Shown here in pieces: positions 50,249-59,688 of a stretch of 64,000 nucleotides of DNA. The notes beneath the pieces are model-generated. The model searched no databases. It was not told the origin of the DNA and saw only the letters and a list, made by a program, of their open reading frames with translations. The translations under genes were made by a program, and so were the position numbers. Source of the stretch: Armatimonadota bacterium (GTDB lineage Bacteria; Armatimonadota; Fimbriimonadia; Fimbriimonadales; GBS-DC); the NCBI GenBank assembly GCA_037444405.1, contig JBBIML010000010.1, forward strand, positions 1 to 64,000, read 5' to 3'. The number at the start of each line of letters is the position of its first letter. Positions within the stretch are counted from its first letter, which is position 1.

Positions 50249-52015
50249 TTATTCCACACTGGCGGGCACGATTTCAACGGTTATCTCTTTGCCGTCGCGT
50301 AGGATAGTGAGCTGAGCGGGTTTGCCCGGCTCCAGCTCCGCGTAGAGGCTCATCATCTGCTCGATGTTCTGCACGCGCTTGCCGTTGATGGCGACGATTC
50401 GGTCGCCCGCTTTCAGCCCCGCTTTTTCGGCAGGGGAGCCGGGTGATACACCCTGCAGCAGCACGCCTTTCTCGTCATTCACGGTGTAGTCGGGGATCAG
50501 CCCCAGTCGCACGCGCATCCCGCGCCGCGCGGGCTGGTCGCTCGCCTGCTGGGGTCGGCTGAAGGCGATTCGCTCCGCCCGCTCCGAGAGCGCGAGCGCG
50601 ACCCGATACACCATGCGCACCACCTTCGCCTGACCCTCGTAGTTAATCTTCTCCCAGGTATCCGATGGGCGGTGATAGTCGGGGTGCATGCCCGTGAAGA
50701 AGAACAACACGGGGATGTTGCGCAGGAAGAAGGAGGTGTGGTCGCTGCCGCCGGTCGCGCTCTGGCTCAGGCTCAGGTTCAGCCCCTCCGTGTTGGCGGC
50801 TTTGACAATCTCCTCCCACTGGGGTGAGCTACCTAATCCGCTTATCGACAGCCGCTCGTTCGTCATGCGACCGATCATGTCCAGATTGAGCATCGCCACA
50901 ATCTTTTCGAGGGGCACAGTGGGGTTGCGCACGAAGTGGGCGGAGCCGACCAGCCCCTCCTCTTCACCTGAAAAGGCGATCAGCAGCACGCTGCGGGCGA
51001 GCTGATGGCGGTTCGCGGCGAGCAGGCGTGCCAGCTCCAGCAGCCCCGCGGTGCCGGAGGCGTTATCGTCTGCGCCGTGATGAACCCCGCCCGATTCGGG
51101 CGCCAGCGAGCCGACCCCGCCAAAGCCGATATGATCATAATGCGCCCCAATCACGATAATCTCCTCGCGTTTAGCGGGGTCGTTGCCCGGCAGGAAGCCA
51201 ATCACATTGCGGGCGGTGCCCTTGCGCGGCTCGATGCCCGCTGCCATCTCCACGCGCAGGTTCGGTATCGGCTGGCTGATGGGCTGACGAGCGGTGTTGA
51301 GCCGCTCGATGGCGGTGTCAACCTGCAGGTTGATGGGCTGTAGCAGGCGGTTGGCTGTCGCGAGGTTCAGGTTCAGCACGGGGATATTGACGGGGCTTGT
51401 CATGCGTCCGCGCGCGCCGAGCGGCAGCAGGCGGTCGTTATCGGGCGTGTTCAGCACCAGCACGCCCGCCGCACCCTTCTCGGCAGCTAAGCGCACGCGC
51501 TGGCTGACCGTTGCCCGCGGCAGACGATCCCGTTCCGATTCGGGAATACCCCGCAAAAAGGCGACAATTTTGCCCTTCACATCGACGCTTGCGTAATCGT
51601 CGTAGCCATTTTCAGGCGCGGAGATGCCGTAGCCGACGAACACCACCTCGCCCGACACCTTCGCGTTCGCCGTGAGATTGAGCGGACGGATTGAATCGGC
51701 GGGCGCGCGCCACTCCCGCCCGCGCGACGGCTTGAACACCAGCGCGGTGTCGGCGGTCGGCTGAAAGCCAATCGTCATTTCAAAATCCTGAAAGTAGCCC
51801 TGCGTGCCCTTCGGCTCCAGCCCGTACTCTTTGAACAGGCGGGCGATATAGTCGGCTGCCTGATGGGCGCCCGGCGCGATTGCCAGCCGTCCCGCCAGCT
51901 CCTCCGACGCCAGATAGCGCACATGCGCTTGAAGGTTGCTGATGGAGACATTGATGTCGGCGCCCGCAAGCGCGAGCAATAGAAACCAGCCCCAGAGCAT
52001 CCCGAATCGGCGCAT
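50249..52015 (-). CDS. M28 family peptidase with PA and PDZ domains
   Basis: GAHYDHIG, GADDNASG, FSGEEEGL, NLDMIGR, SDH, YHRPSD; PA VFVGYGI; PDZ SPAEKAGLKAGD. Confidence 0.93.
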   Translation of the reverse strand: MRRFGMLWGWFLLLALAGADINVSISNLQAHVRYLASEELAGRLAIAPGAHQAADYIARLFKEYGLEPKGTQGYFQDFEMTIGFQPTADTALVFKPSRGREWRAPADSIRPLNLTANAKVSGEVVFVGYGISAPENGYDDYASVDVKGKIVAFLRGIPESERDRLPRATVSQRVRLAAEKGAAGVLVLNTPDNDRLLPLGARGRMTSPVNIPVLNLNLATANRLLQPINLQVDTAIERLNTARQPISQPIPNLRVEMAAGIEPRKGTARNVIGFLPGNDPAKREEIIVIGAHYDHIGFGGVGSLAPESGGVHHGADDNASGTAGLLELARLLAANRHQLARSVLLIAFSGEEEGLVGSAHFVRNPTVPLEKIVAMLNLDMIGRMTNERLSISGLGSSPQWEEIVKAANTEGLNLSLSQSATGGSDHTSFFLRNIPVLFFFTGMHPDYHRPSDTWEKINYEGQAKVVRMVYRVALALSERAERIAFSRPQQASDQPARRGMRVRLGLIPDYTVNDEKGVLLQGVSPGSPAEKAGLKAGDRIVAINGKRVQNIEQMMSLYAELEPGKPAQLTILRDGKEITVEIVPASVE

Positions 52016-52155
52016 AGTGAAGGCGATTATACCCGCCTGAAAGCCCAAAACCCGCAAATCTACGCGGAACCTGACCCTGAACGGCAACTGTCCAACAGCC
52101 GATAATCTCCAGAGGGAGACGGAACTCCCCTGACTCTGCGAGTGAGGCGATTGAG

Positions 52156-52377
52156 ATGCCAGGACGAGAGCTTAAAGTGGTGCGTCTGCTGGAGCCGGAG
52201 CTGTGCATGCGGTGCCGATTCGCCGATATAGCCGATGTGGAGATGGCGGATGGGCGGGTACAGCGAATGCTCTACTGTCGGCGGCTCGACTGCGATAACT
52301 GGGACTACTCCTCGGCGGAACCTGCGAAGCGGGTGGAACTGTCTAATGGTGTAGAGGACTGGGATGAGGAGCCGTAG
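52156..52377 (+). CDS. Small Cys-containing hypothetical protein (possible Zn-binding)
   Basis: 73 aa, CMRC and CRRLDC, acidic tail, SD GAGG. Confidence 0.65.
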   Translation: MPGRELKVVRLLEPELCMRCRFADIADVEMADGRVQRMLYCRRLDCDNWDYSSAEPAKRVELSNGVEDWDEEP

Positions 52378-52584
52378 AGCACGCGAGGCAGTGGGGCGGT
52401 GGGAGCCGCGCATGGCGGAGCGGGCACGAAACGGTTTCGACCTGCCTCCTCATCCGTGGGCAGACTTGCATGTGCAAGTCGTGCTCCAGCAGGCACTGGT
52501 GCGGATCGGCGAAGCGGGGCGCCGGTTCGCCCAGTGCCTCCTTGACGAATAGCTTTTCCCCTCCCACGCACGCGCCCTTCACAC

Positions 52585-52625
52585 GCAGCGCCGGAGCCGC
52601 CCACCTCCGGCGCTGCCCTCTTTTT
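52585..52625 (+). terminator. Intrinsic terminator upstream of yebC
   Basis: 12-bp stem GCAGCGCCGGAG/CTCCGGCGCTGC followed by CCTCTTTTT. Confidence 0.65.
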
Positions 52626-52656
52626 CGGGTACAATCCCTCAAAGGAGTGAGCAGCG

Positions 52657-53403
52657 ATGGCAGGACATTCGAAGTGGCACAATATCCGTATCCGCAAATC
52701 GCGGCAGGACGCGATGCGCAGCAAGCTCTTCACGAAGCTGGCACGCGAGATTATCGTGGCGGCGCGACTGGGCGGGGGCAACCCTGACGCCAACCCGCGC
52801 CTGCGGCTCGCCATCGAAAAGGCGCGCGAGCATCACATGCCTGCCGATAACATTAAGCGCGCCATCCAGCGCGGCACGGGCGAACTGGAAGGCGCCCAGT
52901 ATGAAGAGGTGCTGTACGAGGGCTACGGCCCCGGCGGCGTCGCCATCCTCGTGGAGTGCCTAACCGATAACCGCAACCGCACTGTTGCCGAGCTGCGCCA
53001 CCTGTTCTCCCGATACGGCGGCAGCCTGAGCGAGGCGGGCAGCGTCGCATGGCAGTTCAAGCGGCAGGGCGTCATCACCGTGCCCGCTGAAGCCATCAGC
53101 GAGGAGCGACTGTTCGAGCTGGCGCTGGAGGCAGGCGCCGAAGATGTCGTTGCCGAAGAGGAGTTCTATCGCGTCATCACGGCGCCCGAGCAGTTCCACG
53201 CCGTGCGCGACTACCTGCAGGCGAACAATGTGCCGATTGCCGAAGCGCAACTGGAGCTGACGCCCACCACCAGCGTGCGCGTGGAAGGCGAGACCGCCAC
53301 CAAACTCATGCGCCTGCTCGAAGCGCTCGAAGACCACGACGATGTGCAACACACCTACGCCAACTTCGACATCCCCGACGAGGTACTAACAGGGCTTTCG
53401 TAG
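52657..53403 (+). CDS. yebC: YebC/PmpR family protein
   Basis: MAGHSKWHNI, NPRLRLAI, YEGYGPGG, TDNRNRT, LEDHDDVQ. Confidence 0.97.
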   Translation: MAGHSKWHNIRIRKSRQDAMRSKLFTKLAREIIVAARLGGGNPDANPRLRLAIEKAREHHMPADNIKRAIQRGTGELEGAQYEEVLYEGYGPGGVAILVECLTDNRNRTVAELRHLFSRYGGSLSEAGSVAWQFKRQGVITVPAEAISEERLFELALEAGAEDVVAEEEFYRVITAPEQFHAVRDYLQANNVPIAEAQLELTPTTSVRVEGETATKLMRLLEALEDHDDVQHTYANFDIPDEVLTGLS

Positions 53404-53415
53404 CCGGTGCGCCCC

Positions 53416-54549
53416 ATGCGTGCCCGACCACCGCTGTGGACTCTGTTGCTGATGCTCATCACGACGGGCGCCACGCTGATGGTGATGGACGACGCGCCGC
53501 GGCTCGAATCGCTGGGCTTTGTGCCTGCCCAGCCGAAATGGTTCACGCCGTTCACCAGCCTGTTCGTGCATGCGAATCTGGCGCATCTGATACGCAACCT
53601 GCTCTTTCTGGCGTTTTTCGGCTGGTATGTGGAGCGGGTGCTGGCGCCGGCGCGGTTGCTGCTGCTCTATCTGCTCGGCGGGCTGGTGGCGGTGCTGACC
53701 CACTGGCTGATGGTGGCGGTGCTTCAGCCGATGCTCTATCGCGATTCGCTGGTGGGCGCGTCGGGCGCGATTTCCGCGCTGGTGGGCTACTTCGCGATAC
53801 GGTTCTATCGCGTGCGGGTGCGGCTGGTGTGGTCGCAGGTGAGTCGCTGGGGGCTGACCGTGCCGATGTGGCTGGCGGTGCTGCTGTGGGTGGTGTGGCA
53901 GGGGATGGGCGCGATCCTGAGCGCGGGTGCGGAGCATCCCGTCGAAGTGGGCTACTGGGCGCATCTGGGCGGCTTCGCCTTCGGGCTGGCGCTCGCGCTG
54001 CTGTGGGGCGCGGGCGGGCAGGGCGAACGCGACTACCTGCTCCAGCAAGCCGAACAGCGCCTGCATGAGGGCACGCCCGACGAATCGCTGCGCTGGCTCC
54101 AGCCCCTGCTGAACCGCCCGCAACCCGATGTGGACGCGCTCATTCGCGCCGGCGAAATCTGGCAACTGCTGGGCGACCGCGAGAGCGCTGTTCGCCATCT
54201 GCTGAACGCGCTGCGCCAGCGCCCGACCGACTGGCAACAGCTGAGCGCGATTGCCGACCGCCTGAGCGAGCTGCACGCGCTGAACCACCTGACGCTCGCC
54301 GAGCTGGACACGCTTCTGCAACGGGCAGAGCGCCAGCGCGAGCTGACCCGCGCCCTGCGCTGGCTCAATACCCTGCTCAAAGACCCCGGCACACCCTACC
54401 GCCCGGAACTGCTGTTGCGCTATGCGCGATTGCTCGAACAGAGCGGTCAGCACGCGGAAGCGCAGGCAGTGGTGCAGCAGCTGTTGCAGAGCTATCCCGA
54501 TTCGCTGCCCGCCGATCTGGCGCGCCTGCAGCAGCGCAAGCCGTCATGA
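53416..54549 (+). CDS. Rhomboid intramembrane serine protease with C-terminal TPR-like domain
   Basis: TSLFVHANLAHLIRN, GASGAI (catalytic Ser), AHLGG (catalytic His). Confidence 0.9.
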   Translation: MRARPPLWTLLLMLITTGATLMVMDDAPRLESLGFVPAQPKWFTPFTSLFVHANLAHLIRNLLFLAFFGWYVERVLAPARLLLLYLLGGLVAVLTHWLMVAVLQPMLYRDSLVGASGAISALVGYFAIRFYRVRVRLVWSQVSRWGLTVPMWLAVLLWVVWQGMGAILSAGAEHPVEVGYWAHLGGFAFGLALALLWGAGGQGERDYLLQQAEQRLHEGTPDESLRWLQPLLNRPQPDVDALIRAGEIWQLLGDRESAVRHLLNALRQRPTDWQQLSAIADRLSELHALNHLTLAELDTLLQRAERQRELTRALRWLNTLLKDPGTPYRPELLLRYARLLEQSGQHAEAQAVVQQLLQSYPDSLPADLARLQQRKPS

Positions 54550-55218
54550 GGCGCCCACACGCGCCTTATACAGTTCCAGCACGCGCTGAAGGGTCTCCGC
54601 AACGGTCAAATTCTCGTTATCGATGACGATCGCGTCATCCGCCTGCCGCAGGGGTGAGTCGGCGCGGGTGGTGTCGCGTTCGTCGCGCTCCCGAATCTCG
54701 CGCAGAACCTCTTCCAAAGGGATGTCGATGCCCTGCTCGCGGAGTTGTGCCTGACGGCGGCGGGCACGCTCTTCAGGCGAAGCGGTCAGAAAAATCTTCA
54801 GAATGGCTTCGGGGAACACGACGGTGGTGGTGTCGCGCCCTTCGGCGACCAGCCCCTCTACATGGCGGGCGATCTCCCGCTGGCGGGCGACCATCGCGCG
54901 GCGCACACCCGAATAGACCGATATCAGCGAGGCGAGCTGACCGATTTCGGGACGCCGGATCGCCTCCGACACATCCTCACCGTTGACCAGCACGCGCTGC
55001 TCGCCGTCGGCACGCTGGAAGCCGATTTGAATACGCTGGGCAAGCGCGGTGAGGGCAGGCTCATCCTCAGGTGCGATGCCCTCCCGCTGAGCAATCAGCG
55101 CCAGCGCGCGATACATCGCGCCCGTGTCCAGATACACAAAGCCGAGCGCCTGCGCCAGCAGGCGGGCTAAAGTGCTTTTGCCCGAACCCGCGGGTCCGTC
55201 GATCGCGATGACCTTCAT
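54544..55218 (-). CDS. cmk: Cytidylate kinase
   Basis: IAIDGPAGSGKST, LDTGAMYR, EGRD, RDERD..R..SPL. Confidence 0.97.
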   Translation of the reverse strand: MKVIAIDGPAGSGKSTLARLLAQALGFVYLDTGAMYRALALIAQREGIAPEDEPALTALAQRIQIGFQRADGEQRVLVNGEDVSEAIRRPEIGQLASLISVYSGVRRAMVARQREIARHVEGLVAEGRDTTTVVFPEAILKIFLTASPEERARRRQAQLREQGIDIPLEEVLREIRERDERDTTRADSPLRQADDAIVIDNENLTVAETLQRVLELYKARVGAS

Positions 55219-56066
55219 TCGCCTAACTCTGCCCGTATCGCCTGCAGTTGCTCGGCGATAATCTCCAGCAGCTCTTCCAGCTCCTGCTCCAGCGGTGGCA
55301 GGTGGCTGGGATGGAGCGCGCTGATGTCCAGCCCTTCCAGATAGCGTCGGAACTGGCGCACCTGCACGGCGGGTCCTGTGAGCGGGGGCGTCTTTTGCAA
55401 CACCTCTTCGGCGGGGCGCTCCAGAATCTCGTCGGCGCGTTCGGGCGCCTCGCGCAGCGTGCGCACCAGCGCGGCGGTCTCGCCGCTGGTGAGCTCCTCC
55501 TCGCGAATCTTGGTCGCAACGCGCGTCTGCAGCTCGGGGTCTTCCAGCTCCATCAGGCTGCGGGCGTGGCTGGTGGTGATGCTGCCAGCAGGCGGGCGAC
55601 CGCTGGTGGCAATCACCTGCTCGCCAATCTCTTCGGGCAGTTCCAGCAGTCCCAGCCAGATGGTGAGCGTGCGCTCGCTCAGCCCCAGCATCTGCGCCAG
55701 CTCGCGGTTGGTCAGTCGCCGCTGCTCCTTGAGCAGCTTGAGCGCGCGCGCCTTATCGATGGGCGCAAGGTCTTCCCGCTGAAGGTTCTCGGTGAGCTGT
55801 TCCAGCGTGGCGGTCTCATGGTCGATGGGCTTGACGATGCAGGGGATTTCGGTCAGCCCTGCCATGATAGCCGCCCGCCAGCGTCGCTCGCCCGTGACAA
55901 TCTGATAGGTTTCGCCGTCGGGCAGCGGTCGCACGGTGATGGGGTTCAGAATACCGTAGCGCCGAATGCTCTCCGCCAGCCCCTGCAGCTGCTCCTCATC
56001 GTAGCCCCGCCGCGGCTGGTCAGGGTCTTCCACTATCTGGTCAATCGCAATCCATCGCACCTCCAT
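55215..56066 (-). CDS. ParB/Spo0J-family protein (no adjacent parA)
   Basis: DQPRR, LAESI..YGILNPI, GERRWRA, ENLQREDL, HTH. Confidence 0.88.
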   Translation of the reverse strand: MEVRWIAIDQIVEDPDQPRRGYDEEQLQGLAESIRRYGILNPITVRPLPDGETYQIVTGERRWRAAIMAGLTEIPCIVKPIDHETATLEQLTENLQREDLAPIDKARALKLLKEQRRLTNRELAQMLGLSERTLTIWLGLLELPEEIGEQVIATSGRPPAGSITTSHARSLMELEDPELQTRVATKIREEELTSGETAALVRTLREAPERADEILERPAEEVLQKTPPLTGPAVQVRQFRRYLEGLDISALHPSHLPPLEQELEELLEIIAEQLQAIRAELGE

Positions 56067-56122
56067 ATCTTGTGCCTCCCTGCCATAGAGTGTACCCTAT
56101 CCTGACCGCGCCATGCGTACAG

Positions 56123-56160
56123 AAAAAATCAAGCCCCTGAGAGGCTCTTCAGGGGCTTGA
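56123..56160 (-). terminator. Intrinsic terminator of the SLH-porin gene
   Basis: 12-bp stem TCAAGCCCCTGA/TCAGGGGCTTGA with T6 tail on the minus strand. Confidence 0.85.
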
Positions 56161-56210
56161 GGGGGTGAGGGAGACAGGCGAGTTCGCCTGCCTCCACGGG
56201 GTGAACGGGT

Positions 56211-58103
56211 TCAGAACTTGATGCTGAGCGTGGTGGCTGCCACACCGCCGCGGTTCTTGCCCGCTCCGGGTGCGCCCAGCGCCGCCACGCCTTTGGAGTC
56301 GGCGTCGATAACCTGGTAAAGGACATTCAGGCTGGTGTTCTCGCCCAGGTTGTAGCCGACGCCCAGCGTGAAGTAGTTCCAGATAGGATTGGCGTTCGTG
56401 CTGCCGAAGGTGGCGCTGCGTGGTCGCCAGAAGGCGCCCTCGTAGTTGAACGAGAGGTTCCAGCGGTCGGACAGCTTGTAATCCACGCCGGCAACCACAT
56501 GCACGAGGTCATCGTTGGTCTGGTAGCCGCCTGCTGCCACGCGCCCCGTGCCCTCCAGGAACGCACCGCTCACCTCCACGCTGAAATCCTCGGAGAAGCG
56601 GTAGCGTAGGCTGGCGTACGGACCGCGCAGGTCGGACGGGTTCTCGAAGAATCCGATGCGACCCCAGTAGCCCGGCGCGATGAAGAAGGGGCGCACCTCG
56701 CGATAACCAGCGGTCAACCCAAGGTTCTCGCTGAAGTTGTAGCTGATGTTCGCGTCCAGCGCCCAGTTGTCCTTGTCGACCACATTATCGCTGTCGCGCA
56801 CGCCGTTGCTCTGGGCGTACTCCACGCCGACGGTGAAGCCGCGGAACTTCGCTCGCAGATCACCACCGAACACATCGATTCGGTTGGTGTTCTGACCGGC
56901 GAAGGTGGCAGGACCTGTGCCGGTGGCGAAGTAGGTGGCGCCAATCGTGAGGTTTGTATCCTCGCCCCGAATGGCGTCGAACTCCACGCGAGCGCCTGCG
57001 AACTGGTCCGGAACGCCGTTCAGGTCGGTATACACGGTCAGAGGCCCCACATGACCGTTCCCAAAAGCAACGCGCGGGGCAGCGGCGTTAACCGAGTTAT
57101 AGTTATTGAGCTTGGCAGCCCACAGGTTCAGGCGCACCGTGTCGAAGTTGAAGCCCAGCGCGCCGCCATCCACGCGGTACTGGTAGTCGTTGTAGCGCGG
57201 GAAGTTCAGGTAGTCGTCCCAGGTCGGTCGGCGCAGTGTGAACGGCGTGAGCGACACCGGGAACCGCCCGATGGTCACATCGATGCGCGTGCCAAAGAGG
57301 TCGATCGGCGCCTTCACATAGGCTTCCCAGATGACCAGATCGGTGCTGGGTGCGGGAGCGTTCCGTATATAGTTCAGGTAGTTGCCCAGAATGAAGGTCG
57401 CCGAGCCGCTGACCTCCTCGTTGATCTGCCCGCTGAGGGTCAGACCGAGTTCATGCACCGCGTCGATACTCTGCAGGAATTTGCCGGTCGGGTTGAGCGG
57501 GTCGCCGTTCCAGGTGAGCGCCTGGAACTTGTCGATGCTGTGCGTGGCGTAGCCGCCGAAGGTCAGGTCGCCGCTGAGGGTGATGCGCTCGCGTCGCTTC
57601 TCGAGCGCTTCCACACGGCTCTGGAGCGCGGCGAAGTCCTTCTTCAGGGTGTCGACATCCACGCCGAGGTTCGCCAGCTCCTGCTGGAAGGTCTGCGCCA
57701 GTCGCTGCAGGGTCTGCACGGCGGACTGGAGCTGCCGCAGTTCGTTCACTGCCTGCTCCAGCGCCTGCACACGCCCCGCCAGCTGCTGGTCGCCACCTGC
57801 AGGCGGCTGACCACCGGGTTGCTGACCCACCTGGCGAGCCAGCTCCTCAACGCGGTTGCTGAGCGTGCGCAGTCGCTCGTCGATGTTGCGGTAGGCGCGT
57901 GCAATCGCCTGCGCAAACTCGGCACGGGTCAAAGTCCGGTTGGGGCGGAAAGTCCCATCGGGGTAGCCCTCGATGAGTCCCGCGCGTACCAGCTCCTCGA
58001 TCGCCTGGTATGCCCAGTGACCGGGCGGTACATCGTCCATCTGGGCGAGCGCGAAACCAGCTGTCAGGCTCAGCCCAGCTACTGCTAACAACCATCGCTT
58101 CAT
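56211..58103 (-). CDS. SLH-domain/coiled-coil/beta-barrel major outer-membrane protein (OmpM/SlpA-like)
   Basis: Signal peptide, SLH (DVPPGHWAY..GYPDGTF..TRAEFA), coiled coil, beta-strand-rich C-terminal domain ending in Phe; strong promoter and terminator. Confidence 0.88.
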   Translation of the reverse strand: MKRWLLAVAGLSLTAGFALAQMDDVPPGHWAYQAIEELVRAGLIEGYPDGTFRPNRTLTRAEFAQAIARAYRNIDERLRTLSNRVEELARQVGQQPGGQPPAGGDQQLAGRVQALEQAVNELRQLQSAVQTLQRLAQTFQQELANLGVDVDTLKKDFAALQSRVEALEKRRERITLSGDLTFGGYATHSIDKFQALTWNGDPLNPTGKFLQSIDAVHELGLTLSGQINEEVSGSATFILGNYLNYIRNAPAPSTDLVIWEAYVKAPIDLFGTRIDVTIGRFPVSLTPFTLRRPTWDDYLNFPRYNDYQYRVDGGALGFNFDTVRLNLWAAKLNNYNSVNAAAPRVAFGNGHVGPLTVYTDLNGVPDQFAGARVEFDAIRGEDTNLTIGATYFATGTGPATFAGQNTNRIDVFGGDLRAKFRGFTVGVEYAQSNGVRDSDNVVDKDNWALDANISYNFSENLGLTAGYREVRPFFIAPGYWGRIGFFENPSDLRGPYASLRYRFSEDFSVEVSGAFLEGTGRVAAGGYQTNDDLVHVVAGVDYKLSDRWNLSFNYEGAFWRPRSATFGSTNANPIWNYFTLGVGYNLGENTSLNVLYQVIDADSKGVAALGAPGAGKNRGGVAATTLSIKF

Positions 58104-58225
58104 CTGAAGCATCCCTCCTCCATGAGTTTTTTGGAAGGATACAGTGTGGGAGGGGGCGCAAGCAGCCTGTCCGAAGGTTCCCTGTTTGCGCACTCCCTCG
58201 CGCACGGACTGATCCTTCGCCCCCT

Positions 58226-58255
58226 ATAATACCCAACGCATGTCAAAAAAGTCAA
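58226..58255 (-). promoter_or_regulatory. Sigma-70 promoter of the SLH-porin gene
   Basis: TTGACT, 18-nt spacer, TATTAT on the minus strand. Confidence 0.65.
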
Positions 58256-58296
58256 GGGATGCAACCGTTTTGGGGCGATTTTGCGGGTCAAATTGT

Positions 58297-59688
58297 TCAG
58301 ATTGGAGACCGCCACGCGCCCACCAGATAGAATGAACCCGTGATTAACACTAAATCATCGGCATCTGCCTGTTGCAGCGCCTGCTCAAACGCCTGCCGGG
58401 GTTGCTCACACACAACAGTTTCCAGCGGGTAGCGGTTGCCCGTTTGTTGTTGCCAGTGGCGGGCGCATGTGAGCAGTTCGCTGGGGTCGTAGGCGCGCTC
58501 GCTGGGCGCACGGGTGAAAATCACATGCTCGGTCAGCGGCAGCAGATGGCACAGCACGGCGCGCGGCTCATGCGGGCGCAACATGCCGAACACCATAATT
58601 AGCCGCCGATATTTGAACACTTTTGGCAGGGTGTGCGCCAGGGCTTCGGCAGCGTCGGGGTTGTGCGCACCGTCCAGCACCACCGTGGGGCAGTCGCTCA
58701 CCACCTGCATGCGACCGGGCAGCCACGCGCGCGCGACGCCCTGCTCGATGGCTTCGTCAGAAATAGCATAGCCCTGCTCGCGCAGGCACAGCACCGCACC
58801 CACCGCACAGGCGACATTGTGCCGCTGATAGCTGCCGATCAGGCGCGGATGCAGATCGAGGCTCCAGTCGCCACGCTGAACCCGCACGGATGAATCGGTG
58901 GGCGAGGGTAGAGGAGCGTAGAACAGGGTTGATTGATCAGACCCCCTCACCCGTAGCCTCTCCCCCGCTGGGGGAGAGGGGTTCCTGCCCCGCTCCCTTA
59001 GCGGGTTCTGCTCCGGGTCAGGGGCAACCTGCAGCAGGGGCGCGCTGCGGCGCCTGGCAACAGCCTCCACCATTGCCCGCGCGTCGGGATGCAGAACCCC
59101 GCTCACCACAGGGCGACCGGGCTTGATAATGCCCGCCTTCTCGTAAGCAATATCGCGATGGGTGGGTCCCAGCCGATCGGTGTGATCCAGCCCGACGCTG
59201 ACCAGCACGCTCACAGCGGGCACAACCACACTGGTGGCGTCCAGTCGCCCGCCCAGCCCCACCTCCATCGCGGCGAAATCCACACCTGCCTGCGCATACG
59301 CCCAGAACGCCAGCGCGGTCTTCAGCTCGAACTCGGTAACCTGCCCGTACTCGGTGTCGCGCAACTGCTCAATCAGGGGCTGGCAGCGGCGCACGCCCTC
59401 CATTAGCAGCTCCGGCGCGATTGGCTCGCCGTTAATCTGGATGCGCTCACGAAAATCGAACACATAGGGCGAGAAGTAGGAACCCACCTTATAGCCCGCC
59501 GCTTGCAGAATAGAGGCGACCAGCGCGGTGGTGGAGCCTTTGCCGTTGGTGCCCGTGATATGCACCACGCGCAGCGCGCGATGCGGATCGCCCAGCCGTG
59601 TTAGCAGCGCCTCCATGCGCGCGTTGCCCAGCCGCCAGCCGTAAAGGGTCAGGCTCTGAATGTACGCAATCGCCTGCTCAGGAGTCAT
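58297..59688 (-). CDS. folC: Folylpolyglutamate/dihydrofolate synthase, with in-frame REP-derived insertion
   Basis: HITGTNGKGST, RERI, TEFE, EVGLGGRLDAT, LDH, EKAGIIK, PGR, LDGAHNP, ITGSFYLVG. Confidence 0.96.
   Translation of the reverse strand: MTPEQAIAYIQSLTLYGWRLGNARMEALLTRLGDPHRALRVVHITGTNGKGSTTALVASILQAAGYKVGSYFSPYVFDFRERIQINGEPIAPELLMEGVRRCQPLIEQLRDTEYGQVTEFELKTALAFWAYAQAGVDFAAMEVGLGGRLDATSVVVPAVSVLVSVGLDHTDRLGPTHRDIAYEKAGIIKPGRPVVSGVLHPDARAMVEAVARRRSAPLLQVAPDPEQNPLRERGRNPSPPAGERLRVRGSDQSTLFYAPLPSPTDSSVRVQRGDWSLDLHPRLIGSYQRHNVACAVGAVLCLREQGYAISDEAIEQGVARAWLPGRMQVVSDCPTVVLDGAHNPDAAEALAHTLPKVFKYRRLIMVFGMLRPHEPRAVLCHLLPLTEHVIFTRAPSERAYDPSELLTCARHWQQQTGNRYPLETVVCEQPRQAFEQALQQADADDLVLITGSFYLVGAWRSPI
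58942..58981. repeat. REP-like palindrome inside the folC coding sequence
   Basis: CCCCCTCACCC..CCTCTCCCCC-GCT-GGGGGAGAGG; same architecture as intergenic copies at 2674, 13767 and 46692. Confidence 0.8.

Noticed and set aside
52430..52460. Hammerhead ribozyme on the minus strand (CGGATGAG...GAAAC)
   Set aside because: Core deviates from CUGAUGA and stem II does not pair
52422..52625. Functional (standard or permuted) tmRNA gene
   Set aside because: No T-loop consensus, CCA end, alanine identity pair, tag reading frame or upstream acceptor piece; kept only as a mimic hypothesis
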